Below, one piece after another: positions 14,640 through 28,864 of a DNA stretch of 64,000 nt (position 1 is its first letter; each line of letters begins with the position of its first letter). The DNA comes from Eledone cirrhosa (lineage: Eukaryota), in the NCBI GenBank assembly GCA_964016885.1, contig OZ024749.1, forward strand, positions 44,950,001 through 45,014,000. Direction: 5' to 3'. Under the pieces are notes generated by a model. It saw only the letters and a list, made by a program, of their open reading frames with translations. It made no database searches and had not been told where the DNA came from. Both the position numbers and the translations under genes were made by a program.

Positions 14640-14704
14640 ATTTTATCTGATGAGGACGTTTTGTTGAAGATAGCACAGTACCTCTGAAATATGTATAATA
14701 AAAT
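14640..14704 (+). ncRNA. Type I hammerhead ribozyme motif
   Basis: AUUUUAU-CUGAUGA-imperfect stem II-GAA-AUAUGUAU-A|AUAAAAU. 7-bp stem I. Lies in a ~150 bp island between TA tracts. Confidence 0.7.
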
Positions 14705-14749
14705 ATACTTGATCACACGAATGTCTATTTTTGTTAACATTTTGAATTA

Positions 14750-14804
<55 letters not shown>

Positions 14805-14807
14805 TAT

Positions 14808-14958
14808 ATGAGAATAAACGTGCTGCGTGGTTGCAAATGGGTTACATATGAATAAAGTGGTCCTTCATCAGTGATATTCCAACCATCATCGGTCTTTAAA
14901 GCGAAGAAATATCGATGATGGTTGGAAGATCACTGATGACGGACCACTTTATTCATAT
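14808..14958 (-). mobile_element. TA-embedded fold-back element (family also at 24597-24695 and ~42490-42597)
   Basis: Inverted arms 14846-14891 and 14913-14958. Shared tail gttgcacatgggttacat. Confidence 0.8.
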
Positions 14959-15391
14959 ATATATATATATATATATATATACAGGGTGGGGGATATATAT
15001 CTTCCACATTCTTTTTTTATATCTGCTCAAAATGTGGGGGATTTTTCTGCACGAACTTGTATAAAGAAAGACACAAGTATTCTTATACATATACATTATG
15101 AATTTGATGTATACATACATAATCAAATAAACAGATTCAGACAATCATACACACAGACATACATATACACACACGCTCCTACCATCATAAACAAACAAAC
15201 AGGCAAATGCCTGTATATTTACAGAGATGGGAGTGTATATTTACACACACATGCACATATATATGTGTGCGTATCTCGCTCTCTTTCTCTTTCTCTTTCT
15301 CTCTCTCTCTCTCCATTCATATGTATATATATCTATATACCTATCGATTTATATATGTATATATATATATACATATATATATATATGTGTG

Positions 15392-15510
<119 letters not shown>

Positions 15511-15739
15511 GTATATATATGTATATATATATGTATATATACGTATATATATGTATATATGTATATATATATATATATATTTATGTATGTATGTATAACT
15601 ATATATGTATATATATATATACACATATATTTATGTATGTATATATACATATATTCATATATTCACACACACACACATATATATATTTATATACATATAT
15701 ATAAATATATATATATATGAATCATATATATATATATAC

Positions 15740-15822
<83 letters not shown>

Positions 15823-16258
15823 ATTCACGTATGTGAGCGAATGTGTGATTGTTATGTCCAGGAGAGTATTATATGGTGTACGTGTGTGCGACTGTTTGAA
15901 TGTCAATTCAACACACACAAACACACCACTCTTCCCTCTCCTCACCCCTTTACTGTTCTAGATATCTCATATTTCAATCGATGCTGCTAATCTTGTATTG
16001 AATGCGTTAACAGATTTAAGGCAAAAACCTCTAGTAAATTAGAAGCGGGTTACATCTAAGAATCAGTAAATTATTGTCTCGATAATAGTGGTGAAAGATG
16101 ATGATGATGATGATGATGCTGATAGTGTTGATGATGATGATGATGATGATGATGAGGAGGAGGAGGGGGATAATAATAATGATAATAATAGATAATAATT
16201 ATAACATTGAGAGTATTACAACCCCATATATATATATATGTGTGTGTGCATGTGTGTA

Positions 16259-16308
<50 letters not shown>

Positions 16309-16311
<3 letters not shown>

Positions 16312-16432
16312 CAAAGGAAATGTGGTAAGGAACCAGATGGTGGATCATAACGCACCAAAGTACTCAATACTTTAGTCCAGAATTAGCCGTTCGAAACGGC
16401 TTGAGCTCAGCCGTCGGGGTCCTACTCGTTCC

Positions 16433-16434
<2 letters not shown>
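16309..16434. mobile_element. TA-embedded hairpin element, internally deleted copy
   Basis: Same ends (taacRaaggaaatgtggtaagg ... gttcctata) as copies at 20815, 33183 and 57253. Confidence 0.88.
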
Positions 16435-16463
<29 letters not shown>

Positions 16464-17599
16464 ATGTATATATATATATGTGTGTGTGTGTATATACAAA
16501 CGTATATATATATATATATATTGAGGAAAACCACATTATGCCAAACCTTGTTTGCTTAACAGACTAACGATTCTAATGGCAAACATAAGCATGTACACAT
16601 TTATAAACACAAACAAAACGGTCATGCACACAGAGAAAAATATTGAATCATATATAAACAGACAGACAGGCAGAAAATAGTCAGACAGAGACACTATCTA
16701 CTTGTTATAAAGATGTAGAGATAAACTCATAAATAAATATTATATTTGTTTAATGTAAAAACGGAATAGTTAATAATCAATATTACAGTTTCTGAAGCTT
16801 GTCTTTTCTCGGAAATTAGAGAAAAAGAGATGATCGGATAGTTAGGTGAGAGTCAAAAACGTAGGCCAGATGATATTAAACTAGAAAATTATCAAAATGG
16901 TAGACCGGAAAGAAGCACATGTTGATATTAGTCAGCCATCTTGAAAATGAAATCAGAACCAGGCTGAAGTTTTGAGTAGTTATACATGGTGGAACAAGTA
17001 TAAATATTTGTGGAAAAGAAAATATGTTTGCGTCTGTGACAATTTCTCTATAGTGGTCAGTGTAAAGAAATAGTTAACGTAATTTAAATCGAGAAACTAT
17101 TTGGAAAGATATTGTGTGCGTGTGTGCAAGCGCTTGTGTGTCCATATGTATGGGTATATTTGTTTATAGTTGCTTATGTGCTCTGTCGGGTGGTCAGTAC
17201 GTGAAGGTGATATCTACACAATGAGGGGTGACAAATACACTCACAGACAAACACACAGACACACATGAACACACACATACACACACAAACGGAGACACAT
17301 TTGTAAGCGACTTCAACGCTACAGACTTACGTACACTGAGACACATACGGTACATATACGTATGTAGTGAAACTCATTATTATTTAAAGAGACAAGTGAA
17401 AGTGGCACATGCATGCACGTCGCCACTTCTCATTTCACGTCCATTGCTCACGTGTCTCCGTAGGAAGAAGTTCAATACAGACGTCATATGTAGATGATAT
17501 AATTCGCTTCAAGTATGAAATTCTATGGTTTGACCACATGAAATTTGTATCGATTTGAGGTTTATATTGAAACTTACAAACTTTTTTTTTATCGACCCC

Positions 17600-17634
<35 letters not shown>

Positions 17635-17639
17635 ACTCA

Positions 17640-17733
<94 letters not shown>

Positions 17734-18309
17734 GGATTGAAGATCTATTACCTCGTCGGTTTTGTTTTATATATATATATATATATATATACATGTGTTT
17801 ATGATTTTTACTGCATATAATATATACCGATTTTCAGACATTTTATGTTAACTGATATATTCGACAATCTATTTCTGTTCAACGTAATTTCTCATACGTT
17901 TCATGATGGTTATCGTTCCCAGTCAGTACTATTGGTATAGCAACTCCTATTGGTTACAATATGATCCATATAATGTTCCTCAACCGCTTATGCACAGTAT
18001 ACGTTTTGCGGCATTCGTTTCGAGTATCTGCTCTCTGAGATTAAATAATGCTGAGCTCAACTTTGCATTTCATATATTCAAGTTTTGGCATCTATCCTTC
18101 TTCTACGTCTCTTCCCCACTTTCATTCTTTTACTTTCTATTCTACTCTGCAAGAAATCTGCTATATTCAGACATAGAAAGAAGAGATTTCAATAAAGAGC
18201 TAGAAACACCATATGCCAATACGGCGCACCTACATCTCTCCTAAGATTTACGTGTCCATAGGTAGATACGTATATAAATAATATATGTGTGCAGATCATT
18301 ATGTAGTTG

Positions 18310-18465
18310 ACCATGCTTTGAAGCATAGAGTTACGTCCCTTTATGATCTGAGTTCAAATCCCGCCGAGGTTAACTTTGCCTTTCATCCTTACGGGGTCGA
18401 TAAAATAAAGTACCAGTAATGTACTGGATAATTGCTGGCCTTGTGCCTAAAATAGAAACAATTAT
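18310..18465 (+). mobile_element. SINE family 1, 5'-truncated, with TSD
   Basis: 12-bp TSD attatgtagttg at 18298-18309 and 18461-18472. Confidence 0.93.
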
Positions 18466-18771
18466 GTAGTTGGTGCTGATTGTTATTATAAAGTAACTAT
18501 GTAATATGGTGGCTGATGCCTGATGATGTCCATCATCATCCTACCATAAATTGACGTAGATCGGAGACTGTTTAGTTGGGATTTGAATCTTGCATGATGT
18601 TTAACGCTTCCTTGAGGGGTCAGGGTCTGGTGAATAAGGAAGAATTTAGGGATAACACGTTTACGTGGTTTTGATCTTGACTTGTTCTTGGATTAAGTTG
18701 GATGTATTTATGCTCATTTTAAGACAATTGTCGATCATATTTGGACACACACACACACACACACACACACA

Positions 18772-18829
<58 letters not shown>

Positions 18830-18991
18830 GACATTGTTTTTGAAATTCTGTTTTTTTATATATTTCTTTTAATTCTGTTTCTATATATTTTGATTTTCAT
18901 GTTTATTTTTATTTCTCTTTTTTCCAGTCCTTTCATGTTTTTCCTGCTAACCTCCCCTTCCTCACTCCGTCTCGGAGTTCCCCCTACTTTC

Positions 18992-19018
18992 CTGTGAAGG
19001 ACTTATGTCCGAAACGTC
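18992..19018 (+). ncRNA. Minimal hammerhead motif, decayed by a 1-nt core deletion
   Basis: CUG-UGA-AGGAC UUAU GUCC-GAAACGUC, downstream of a pyrimidine-rich stretch in an island (18828-19110) between (CA)n tracts. No convincing stem I. Confidence 0.6.
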
Positions 19019-19147
19019 CTTACCTACCCTCTTCTAACTAACCGAGAAGCTAATAACACAATGTACAATTGACTCCTGCGTTTGTTTGTTTGTTTGTTTG
19101 TTGGTATTTTTGAACTATACACACACACACACACACCCACACACACG

Positions 19148-19255
<108 letters not shown>

Positions 19256-19470
19256 TATACATATATATATATATGTGTGTGTGTAGACATGCATACTAAT
19301 ATACATTAATACATACATACGTACATATAAGTGACAAATATTTCCACCATCATTAATTGACAAATGAGCAGCCAAATCAAGGCTATATCTAAAGATATTT
19401 GCCCCGATAATTGGGCAAAAGGTTTAAAACCCAAACTCTAGCTATGACTATCGAATTATTTCTTAGTATC

Positions 19471-19547
<77 letters not shown>

Positions 19548-19766
19548 TTCAACCTATACATGAATACTCTTATTCAATGCGATTTAAAGTTATAGTACCA
19601 ACTACTTTATGTAGTAGTATATTCTCATTAAAAGCAAATGTCTTAAATCAATATATAGGAGTCTATACACACACACAGGCACACACATATATATGCATAT
19701 ATATATATATATATACATATGTATATATATATATACTTAATAATTTGCATATATATATGTATATAT

Positions 19767-19810
<44 letters not shown>

Positions 19811-19980
19811 ATTCAATTTATATAGATTTTTTTTATTTATTAGAGTATATCGACCAATATATAATATTTATATCTATACTCTTTTTCCGTTAGTCCATTT
19901 TTTAACTTCATAATAAAATTTACTTTAATTTAAACCACTTCTAACATCCATCTGATCTACTCTGAATACACACACAAACA

Positions 19981-20136
<156 letters not shown>

Positions 20137-20148
20137 GACACACACACA

Positions 20149-20231
<83 letters not shown>

Positions 20232-20233
20232 AT

Positions 20234-20316
<83 letters not shown>

Positions 20317-20814
20317 CATAAATATATACATATATAAATATGTGTGCGTGTGTGTGTGTGTGTGTGTGCATTGGTGCATGAGTGTGTATGTGTACGTAAG
20401 TATGTGTATTTGGGCACGTATAAACATCTTATCTACCAATATTACACCAACATGAAATATCTCACTTCCAATAAATGTAGATTGTATACAGAATCGTCTA
20501 CAGTATAAGTCCTATAGAGGATTATGATATATCCAGCAACACTCCTGTGGAGTCTGTACAGCAATTATATAATCAGTGTTGCATTAAAGAAAAAACTACA
20601 CATAATGAAGCAATTCATCAGTATACATAGACATATATGTATGTGTATATATATAAATATAAATATATATATAAATATATATACATTTATATGTGTATGT
20701 GTCAATTAGATATAGATATATGTGTGTGGATATATATATTTATAAGCATTTATAAATATATAAATATATATGAAAATATATTTATAATTATATATATGTA
20801 TATATATATATATA

Positions 20815-21160
<346 letters not shown>

Positions 21161-21186
21161 GGTGTGTGTGTTTGTGTAAATATATA

Positions 21187-21370
21187 TGTATCCCGGGTTC
21201 AATTGGGGGTGCCCATAGTAAGTAAGGTAGTCAAATCATAGCAGAGTATAAATATCTAATATAGAAATGGCTTCTACAGGATTAGAGCTGTTTTATTCGA
21301 AAGAAATTATCAAGAAAGCTGATGATTTCCTTCGAATGAAACAATTCTTGAAGCCATTTCTCTATTTAAT
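21187..21370 (-). mobile_element. TA-embedded fold-back element with HHR-like core
   Basis: Homologous to 3588-3770. Short arm begins ctgatgatttccttcgaatgaaac (21319-21342). Confidence 0.75.
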
Positions 21371-21562
21371 ATATATAAATATATACATTTACGTTTATAC
21401 ATTTATGTAAATATATATACATATACATTTATAAATTTATATATATAGGTATATATATTACACCTACACACATATACGCACAAACATATATATATATATA
21501 TACATGTTGATTTAAAACTGCACTATCCACAAGTGTTTTTTAACCTTCACATCATGTCTTCC

Positions 21563-21633
21563 TATTTTATCTGATGAAAACACAAATGTTATTGCATGAT
21601 GATATTTGTTTTTGAAATGCGCATAATAAAATA
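21563..21633 (+). ncRNA. Type I hammerhead ribozyme, best-formed in the window
   Basis: UAUUUUAU-CUGAUGA-AAACACAAAUGUUAUU GCAU GAUGAUAUUUGUUUUU-GAA-AUGCGCAU-A|AUAAAAUA. 8-bp stem I, ~15-bp stem II, palindromic stem III, predicted cleavage after 21625. Confidence 0.85.
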
Positions 21634-21822
21634 CATGGAACTCTTTTAACCATCTTTTGATCTTATATATATATATATATATATAAAATATTAAACAAAT
21701 AATGAATAAACAATTCCTTATATTAAACAAATAAGTTCTTCATACGGATTGGACACTACCGTAAACTCTTGGTAGATTTATCTACATATATATATATATA
21801 TTAATTTTTCTTAATATTAATC

Positions 21823-21870
21823 AACATTTGAAAAGATGGCTTTTGCAGACCCATCGAAACCGGTCATTTT
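21823..21870 (+). ncRNA. Hammerhead motif with U3-A8 core variant
   Basis: AACAU-UUGAAAA-GAUGG..CCAUC-GAA-ACCGGU-C|AUUUU. Palindromic stem III and GUC triplet. Confidence 0.65.
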
Positions 21871-22012
21871 TTATACCCTTTATTATTTCCTTACCTTATA
21901 AAATTATATGTTTTTTCACAAAAAAGTATTCTGTCTCTTATATATTCCATGTGCCATTACCAACCTCAATTTTCCCTATAACCTTCGTTTTGTGTAGTAA
22001 ATTACACTTTTC

Positions 22013-22050
<38 letters not shown>

Positions 22051-22318
22051 CCGTGTGTATATGTTTTTGTATATGATTAACCATTCAAACTTATGTATAT
22101 CTACTATAGTATATTTGTAATCCCCTTATACATATATATGATTGTGCGGATATTCTCCGAAATTTATTAACTTCTTACATGTAAGCTCGAAATTATGTCT
22201 GCCTTAAATGTGAAACTATCTTAAGTAAACGCTTCTAAGTCAATGACTCTATATGTATTCCATACTATTTTTTCCATACTAATTGTGGAGGTGATTCCAA
22301 CGAAAGCATATTACGCAG

Positions 22319-22510
22319 GGAGGTGGATTGGCAGTATCGGTAGAGGGTCGGACACCATGCTTTGACGCATAGAGTTACGGCCCTTTATGGTATGAGTTCA
22401 AATCCCGCCGAGGTTAACTTTGACGTTCATTCTTATGGGGTCGATAAACTAAATTACCAGTAATACACTGGAATAATTGCTGATCTTGTGCCAAAAATAG
22501 AAGCAATTAT
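22319..22510 (+). mobile_element. SINE family 1, full length
   Basis: A and B boxes, body, tail. Flanks tattacRcag. Confidence 0.92.
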
Positions 22511-22586
22511 TACACAGTTATATATATATGCATATATATATATATATATATATGCATATATTTATATATATATATATATATGCATA

Positions 22587-22642
<56 letters not shown>

Positions 22643-22680
22643 TATATTTATATATATATATATATGCATATATATATATA

Positions 22681-22714
<34 letters not shown>

Positions 22715-22840
22715 TATATATATATGCGTCCACACACATGCACAGTCAGACAAACATACATGCACACACACACACGCATAAATATATAAATATATAAATA
22801 TAATAATAGTAATAATTATAACATTTAGAATATTACAACC

Positions 22841-22905
<65 letters not shown>

Positions 22906-22943
22906 ATATTAATAAATGGAAACTATATTTATAAAACCATATT

Positions 22944-23009
22944 TATTTTATTATATATATTTCAAGGACAACCAAGGCAAATTATGGAGGGTTTTCATCA
23001 GATAAAATA
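22944..23009 (-). ncRNA. Type I hammerhead motif with decayed stem II, in element 22900-23062
   Basis: UAUUUUAU-CUGAUGA-..-GAA-AUAUAUAU-A|AUAAAAUA. Same 3' tail as the 28.1 kb and 57.5 kb elements. Confidence 0.65.
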
Positions 23010-23058
23010 CAGATTTGTTTTATAAATAAATATTGACATACCCGGAAAAAAGACAACC

Positions 23059-23110
<52 letters not shown>

Positions 23111-23133
23111 AATATATGTATATATATATATAA

Positions 23134-23178
<45 letters not shown>

Positions 23179-23240
23179 CATATATATATATATTTATATA
23201 TATATATATATATTGGGAGAAGACTATACACCGCGTCTGC

Positions 23241-23368
<128 letters not shown>

Positions 23369-23379
23369 ATATTTATGTA

Positions 23380-23432
<53 letters not shown>

Positions 23433-23457
23433 GAATGTGTGCGTGTGTGTAAATTGT

Positions 23458-23489
<32 letters not shown>

Positions 23490-23909
23490 TATGCATACGC
23501 ATTAATTTATACATGCATACGTGCAAGCATACATACACACACACATACATACACACACACATACATACAACCATACATACATACATACATACAACCATAC
23601 ATACATATACATACATACATACACACACCCATACATACATACAACCATACATACATACATACATACATACATACATAGAAGACTACAGATTGAAGAAACG
23701 CTATACGGCGAGGAATATAGAGCGGCGGTATAGACTCCTCCCAAAGCTGCCGAAAGTGAAAGTTGTTGCAAAACATGTATTGACACACACACACATACAC
23801 AAACATACATGCTTATAGCCGATCTAGCGTGTATGTATGTATATATATATATATATATGAGTGTGTATACATACATATATATATATATGTGTGTGTGTGT
23901 GCCGTACAC

Positions 23910-24033
<124 letters not shown>

Positions 24034-24146
24034 AGATATAATTGTAATTGTGTTCTTGTTTTGTTAACACGGGGTTAACAAACGGTACAGCATACTTAAG
24101 ATCACAGACAGCCCATATGTGACCATTTCATTTACTCAGGGCTAAT

Positions 24147-24338
24147 TAATTGTTTCTACTTTTGGCACAAGGTCAGCAATTATCCCAGTGCATTACAGGT
24201 ACTTTATTTTATCGACCCCGTAAGGATGAAAGGAAAAGTTAACCTCGGCGGGATTTGAACTCAGAATGGCAAGGGCCGTAACTCTATGCGTGAAAGCATG
24301 GCATCCGACCCTCTACCGATATTGCCAACCCTCCGCCC
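24147..24338 (-). mobile_element. SINE family 1, full length, with TSD
   Basis: Flanks tactcagg(g)ctaattaat on both sides. Confidence 0.93.
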
Positions 24339-24596
24339 TACTCAGGCTAATTAATATTAGTTTTTCTCATCTACCCCTGTCCTTATATATGTCGTAGATG
24401 GTAATTATAGGAAGATTTTGCAGCTGATTTTATTACCTCGCGTGTCCTTGTAGAAACATTCATTGGTGGATCATGCAAAAATGGTTATAATTATGCTCGT
24501 GTGTTGTATAATATAGTATTTATCATTAATGTTGACACATTCCTATGTTTACACATACACACAAATATATATATATATATAAATATATATATAACA

Positions 24597-24695
24597 TGAG
24601 AAGAAAGAGGAATACTGCGTGGTTGCACATGGGTTACATATAAAATTAGTCCCTCGTCAGTGATTTGCCAACCATCATTGGTATTTCATCGCATT
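24597..24695 (-). mobile_element. Copy of the 14.8 kb family island
   Basis: Aligns with 14808-14891. Confidence 0.8.
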
Positions 24696-24763
24696 ATATA
24701 TATATATATGTGAGTGTGTGTGTGTGTGTGTATGTGTGTGCAAATATATATACATTTTCTATC

Positions 24764-24858
24764 TTCGGAAATATATAGTTTCTGTTTGTCAGATACCCTT
24801 AGACGGTATACTTTACCATGTATGCCGACTGACTCCAAAAGTTCTTCAGTGTTCCGAA
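24764..24858 (-). ncRNA. Decayed hammerhead motif with long stem II
   Basis: UUCGGAACA-CUGAAGA-..GUCAG..CUGAC..-GAAACUAUA-UAUUUCCGAA. Distal stem I UUCGGAA/UUCCGAA. Confidence 0.45.
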
Positions 24859-24933
24859 AAAGTCAAAATAACTAGTACATTTTACACACACACATGTATA
24901 TATTATATAAGCATGTATATAAAGATATATATA

Positions 24934-24984
24934 TAGTAATAATAAAAACAAAGACCAACATCCGAAAAGGACTCGATAAGGATT

Positions 24985-25015
<31 letters not shown>

Positions 25016-25085
25016 AGTATATATAAACCCGTAGAACAAATACTTATAGTACTAATTAAAAGCAGGATTTTCTGAAACATCATAG
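24934..25085 (-). mobile_element. Diverged 3' tail of the family at 21-150, 42162 and 58160
   Basis: tagtaataataaa..aagac..aaca tcc..ggactcgataaggat..ccgtagaacaaata matches 42162-42255. Confidence 0.65.
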
Positions 25086-25091
25086 AATATA

Positions 25092-25145
<54 letters not shown>

Positions 25146-25929
25146 TATGTAGTAGTTCAAGCAAGTATACATACTTAGGAAGAAGCCTTTGCTAAATAAA
25201 ATGAAGCACAACATCACACACAGACACACACACACACACACAATCACACGCACTCAATCACACACTCTCTCCCCCTCTCTGCCCCTCTCTCTCTGTATCT
25301 CTCTCAGATCAACACAATTAGTGTTATAATAAATAATATTGAACTAAACGTAATACTATAGATACTGTAATCTATAAATAATAAATAATACTCAATAAAT
25401 AATACTCAAAATAATTTCTTTTCAATTAAATTGTGCACACTTTTATGACTTTACACAGAATATTTCTTTGGTTATCTTACGCAATATGATTCTATATATG
25501 CATATTTATTACCACGTATATAATTTTGTATATATATATATATATATGATATTCAGAGATATATATTGTTTATATATTCCATTTCCTTGATAACACATGC
25601 GTATTATTTTTAATCTAAACATGGGGCCTAATCAGAGATTCACAAATATTTGTCATATACCCGAATTGTGAGCTTAATGGTAGCATGTCATCACCATATT
25701 CGTTATTATTATTATTATTATTAGTAGTAGTAGTAGTAATAATAATACTATTATTATTGCTCTTGTTGTTGTTGCTGTTCTGATGGTCATTTTAATAATA
25801 TCGCTATTCACACACTATCTAATATTACTAGCGTACGTGTGTGTGCATGCATATCATTTTTTCTGTGTATACGCATATATATAGAGAGAGTTATAGATAG
25901 TTATATATATATATATATATATATATTTA

Positions 25930-26111
25930 AGGATCAAATCGGACAGAGGAAACAGTTGCTAGTACTATCTATCGGTTGCCACTCCGGGTAGAAGGAGCAA
26001 CGTGAAATAAAATGTCTTGCTCAAGGACATAAGGTATCGCTCGACCAAGGAATCGAACTCAGAATTTCAAGATTGTGAATTCAATTCTCTAACCACTCAG
26101 CCACACGCCTT
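25930..26111 (-). mobile_element. CORE-type SINE (family 2)
   Basis: tgtcttgctcaaggacat, B-box ggaatcgaactc and A-box taaccactcagcca, all in reverse. Confidence 0.8.
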
Positions 26112-26173
26112 AACTATATATGTGTGTATATATACATATACATATGTAATGTGTGTCGGATCCTAATCCTCCC

Positions 26174-26291
<118 letters not shown>

Positions 26292-26300
26292 CATACACAC

Positions 26301-26331
<31 letters not shown>

Positions 26332-26350
26332 CATATATATACAAATATAT

Positions 26351-26423
<73 letters not shown>

Positions 26424-26488
26424 GATACATATATATATATATACATATACACACACACACACACATATATATATATAAATATTATATG

Positions 26489-26605
<117 letters not shown>

Positions 26606-27005
26606 TTGTGTATTGACACATGCGGCGCATTCTAATAATATATATTGTAATAAATATTAGGATAATCCTTTGTCTACTATATTTTTTATTTCTCCAACAT
26701 TATGTGCTTTAGAATCGTTGCAAAATTCTTACTAGAATGAATATGTAAAACATTCCCACACACACATGCACATACACATACAAACACACGAACACTCAGA
26801 AAGAGAGAGAGATTTGGCTTAAGTTTAATACATATAAATATAAATATATATATATGTTGCTAAGTTATCGAAATAGTTTTTTGCTGAAACATTTCCCGTT
26901 ACTGTATACATAATATTCTTGGCCCTTTAGCGAGGATAATTTAAGTAATACTTCATAATATGCCGTGTAAGCTAATTTGTTTGAACGGAAATTTCATGCA
27001 TACTT

Positions 27006-27085
<80 letters not shown>

Positions 27086-27086
27086 T

Positions 27087-27177
<91 letters not shown>

Positions 27178-27490
27178 GTATATATATATATATGTATATT
27201 TTCACCCACACTCACAAACCAATGCATGTTTGTCTCTATTAGCATGCACGTGTTTCTATGATTCCATTGGCTACATTTTAAGCCTATGATATTTTGAAGA
27301 AGCAATGTAAGGCTATGTGCTTATCTACATAATCTTCAGAGTAATTGGGAGACATATGATAAAAAAAAAACACACCATCCTGTAGATGACCTTACTTATA
27401 TACTGACTTTCATGTACTGGCTATTTTCTAAGCGTAAATATTTCGAATTATTGTTTGGTATATGAAACAATTAATCATCTACGAAATAAA

Positions 27491-27620
27491 TGTGCGGTTA
27501 AGCAGTTTGTTTCCAGTCTACCCCATTACGGTTTCAGTTAGGCTACTCTAGAGTTTGAGCAAGTTTTTCTGGTACAGCCTTAGGTCGATGAATGTCATTT
27601 TTTTATGGATTATTTGGTAG
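27491..27620 (+). mobile_element. Degenerate tRNA/CORE-like SINE
   Basis: gtgcggttaag...ggtttcagt...ttgagcaagtttttct..acagcctt. Confidence 0.45.
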
Positions 27621-27683
27621 GACAATATCGATTACCGCCATATGTCTATCATCTCTCTCTCATTCTTCTTAACCTCTCCCCCC

Positions 27684-27713
<30 letters not shown>

Positions 27714-27714
<1 letters not shown>

Positions 27715-27792
27715 GTGTTAAACTGATATATTCCTTCCATATACTGTACAATTGTGTTGTTATTTCTGTTTAACTTTTAAATACGTAAAATC

Positions 27793-27793
<1 letters not shown>
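27714..27793 (+). mobile_element. 3' tail of the 28.4 kb HHR family (inverted copy of 28323-28402)
   Basis: About 80 bp near-identical reverse complement. Confidence 0.9.
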
Positions 27794-27828
<35 letters not shown>

Positions 27829-27834
27829 GTGTGT

Positions 27835-28101
27835 GAATGAAGTAATTCCGTCGGAAAAGTCCAGGAAAAAAGAGTTCTCTATGTAAGCAACAAAGCTTAA
27901 TTATTATTATGTAATAAACAACATAAGGCAATTATTCCATTTACCAGTGGTTTCTTAAAAGCAAAAGGTTTTGCTTTCAATCCTCAGAATGAACAAACCA
28001 GGATTTTTTCATTCTGAGGATTGAAAGCAAAACCTTTTGCTTTTAAGAAGCCACTGGTAAATGGAATAATTGCCTTATGTTGTTTATTACATAATAATAA
28101 T
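27835..28101 (-). mobile_element. Fold-back element with an HHR in each arm
   Basis: 94-bp arms 27900-27993 and 28008-28101, one mismatch seen, 14-bp spacer. Confidence 0.92.
27936..27993 (-). ncRNA. Type I hammerhead ribozyme
   Basis: UUCAUU-CUGAGGA-UUGAAAGCAAAA CC UUUUGCUUUUAA-GAA-ACC ACU GGU-A|AAUGGA. The mirror copy on + (28008-28065) has GAAGC. Confidence 0.82.
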
Positions 28102-28164
28102 AATATATATATATATATATATACAATATTAAATAAATGGAAACTATATTTATAAAACCATATT

Positions 28165-28230
28165 TATTTCATTATATATATTTCGGGGATATCATATTAA
28201 CAATATGCTATGCCTTCCTCAGACAAAATA
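28165..28230 (-). ncRNA. Type I hammerhead ribozyme in element 28122-28290
   Basis: UAUUUUGU-CUGAGGA-AGGCAUAGCAUAUU GUU AAUAUGAUAUCCCC-GAA-AUAUAUAU-A|AUGAAAUA. Confidence 0.75.
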
Positions 28231-28422
28231 CAATATAAACAGTTTTATAGATAAATAGATTCGACATACCGTAATAACACCGACTTGCATTTGAAGAGGT
28301 TAAAATCATATATATATATATATGATTTTACGTATGTAAAAGTTAAACAGAAATAACAACACAATTGTGCAGTATATGGAAGGAATATATCAGTTTAACA
28401 CTTGAGATAGTAGGAAGAGGGT

Positions 28423-28456
28423 CTTAACGTTTCGGACGCTAGTCCTTCATCAGAAG
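28423..28456 (-). ncRNA. Minimal type I hammerhead ribozyme of classic PLE form, in element 28323-28510
   Basis: CUU-CUGAUGA-AGGAC UAGC GUCC-GAA-ACGU-U|AAG. Loopless palindromic stem III. Confidence 0.85.
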
Positions 28457-28506
28457 CAAGAATGAGAAATTAGAAAGATTGAACGGACGGGTACGGTAGA
28501 CTCGGA

Positions 28507-28564
<58 letters not shown>

Positions 28565-28609
28565 CCGTGTGATGTTATCGGGCGCATTTAATGTTAGTCT
28601 TTATTAAGG

Positions 28610-28655
28610 ATAAGTGATAAGTTTCACCTGTCTACACAGACGATCATCAGCTGAT
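28610..28655 (-). ncRNA. Hammerhead motif with decayed stems I and III
   Basis: CUGAUGA-UCGUCU GUGU AGACAGGU-GAAACUUAUC, with AATAAA about 10 nt downstream. Confidence 0.55.
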
Positions 28656-28812
28656 ACATGGATGTGAGCTTCTATATGGTCAGGCAATGACGCTTGGACA
28701 TAATAAAGAATATATATATATATAGCTTAGGGAGTACGGGGAAGTACTGGTGTTGGTACCAAATCAGACACTCTGTGCACAGGCAGCAGATCGATACTGG
28801 AGTCGGGTCCAT

Positions 28813-28864
28813 AACTCCTATGAGTCAACTTGAGCCAATCCTCAGCGAAACGCGCGTAGTAGTT
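28813..28864 (+). ncRNA. Hammerhead motif with core deletion
   Basis: AACUC-CU[G missing]AUGA-G..UGAG CCAAUC CUCAGC-GAA-ACGCGCGU-A|GUAGUU. Palindromic stem III. Confidence 0.6.

Noticed and set aside
19385-19445. CUAAAGA-hairpin-AAAAC
   Set aside because: Two catalytic positions are altered and there is no stem I.
20447-20583. Minus-strand CAACA-CUGAUUA...GAGAU..UGUUG fold
   Set aside because: Multiple core mismatches and no valid stem III.
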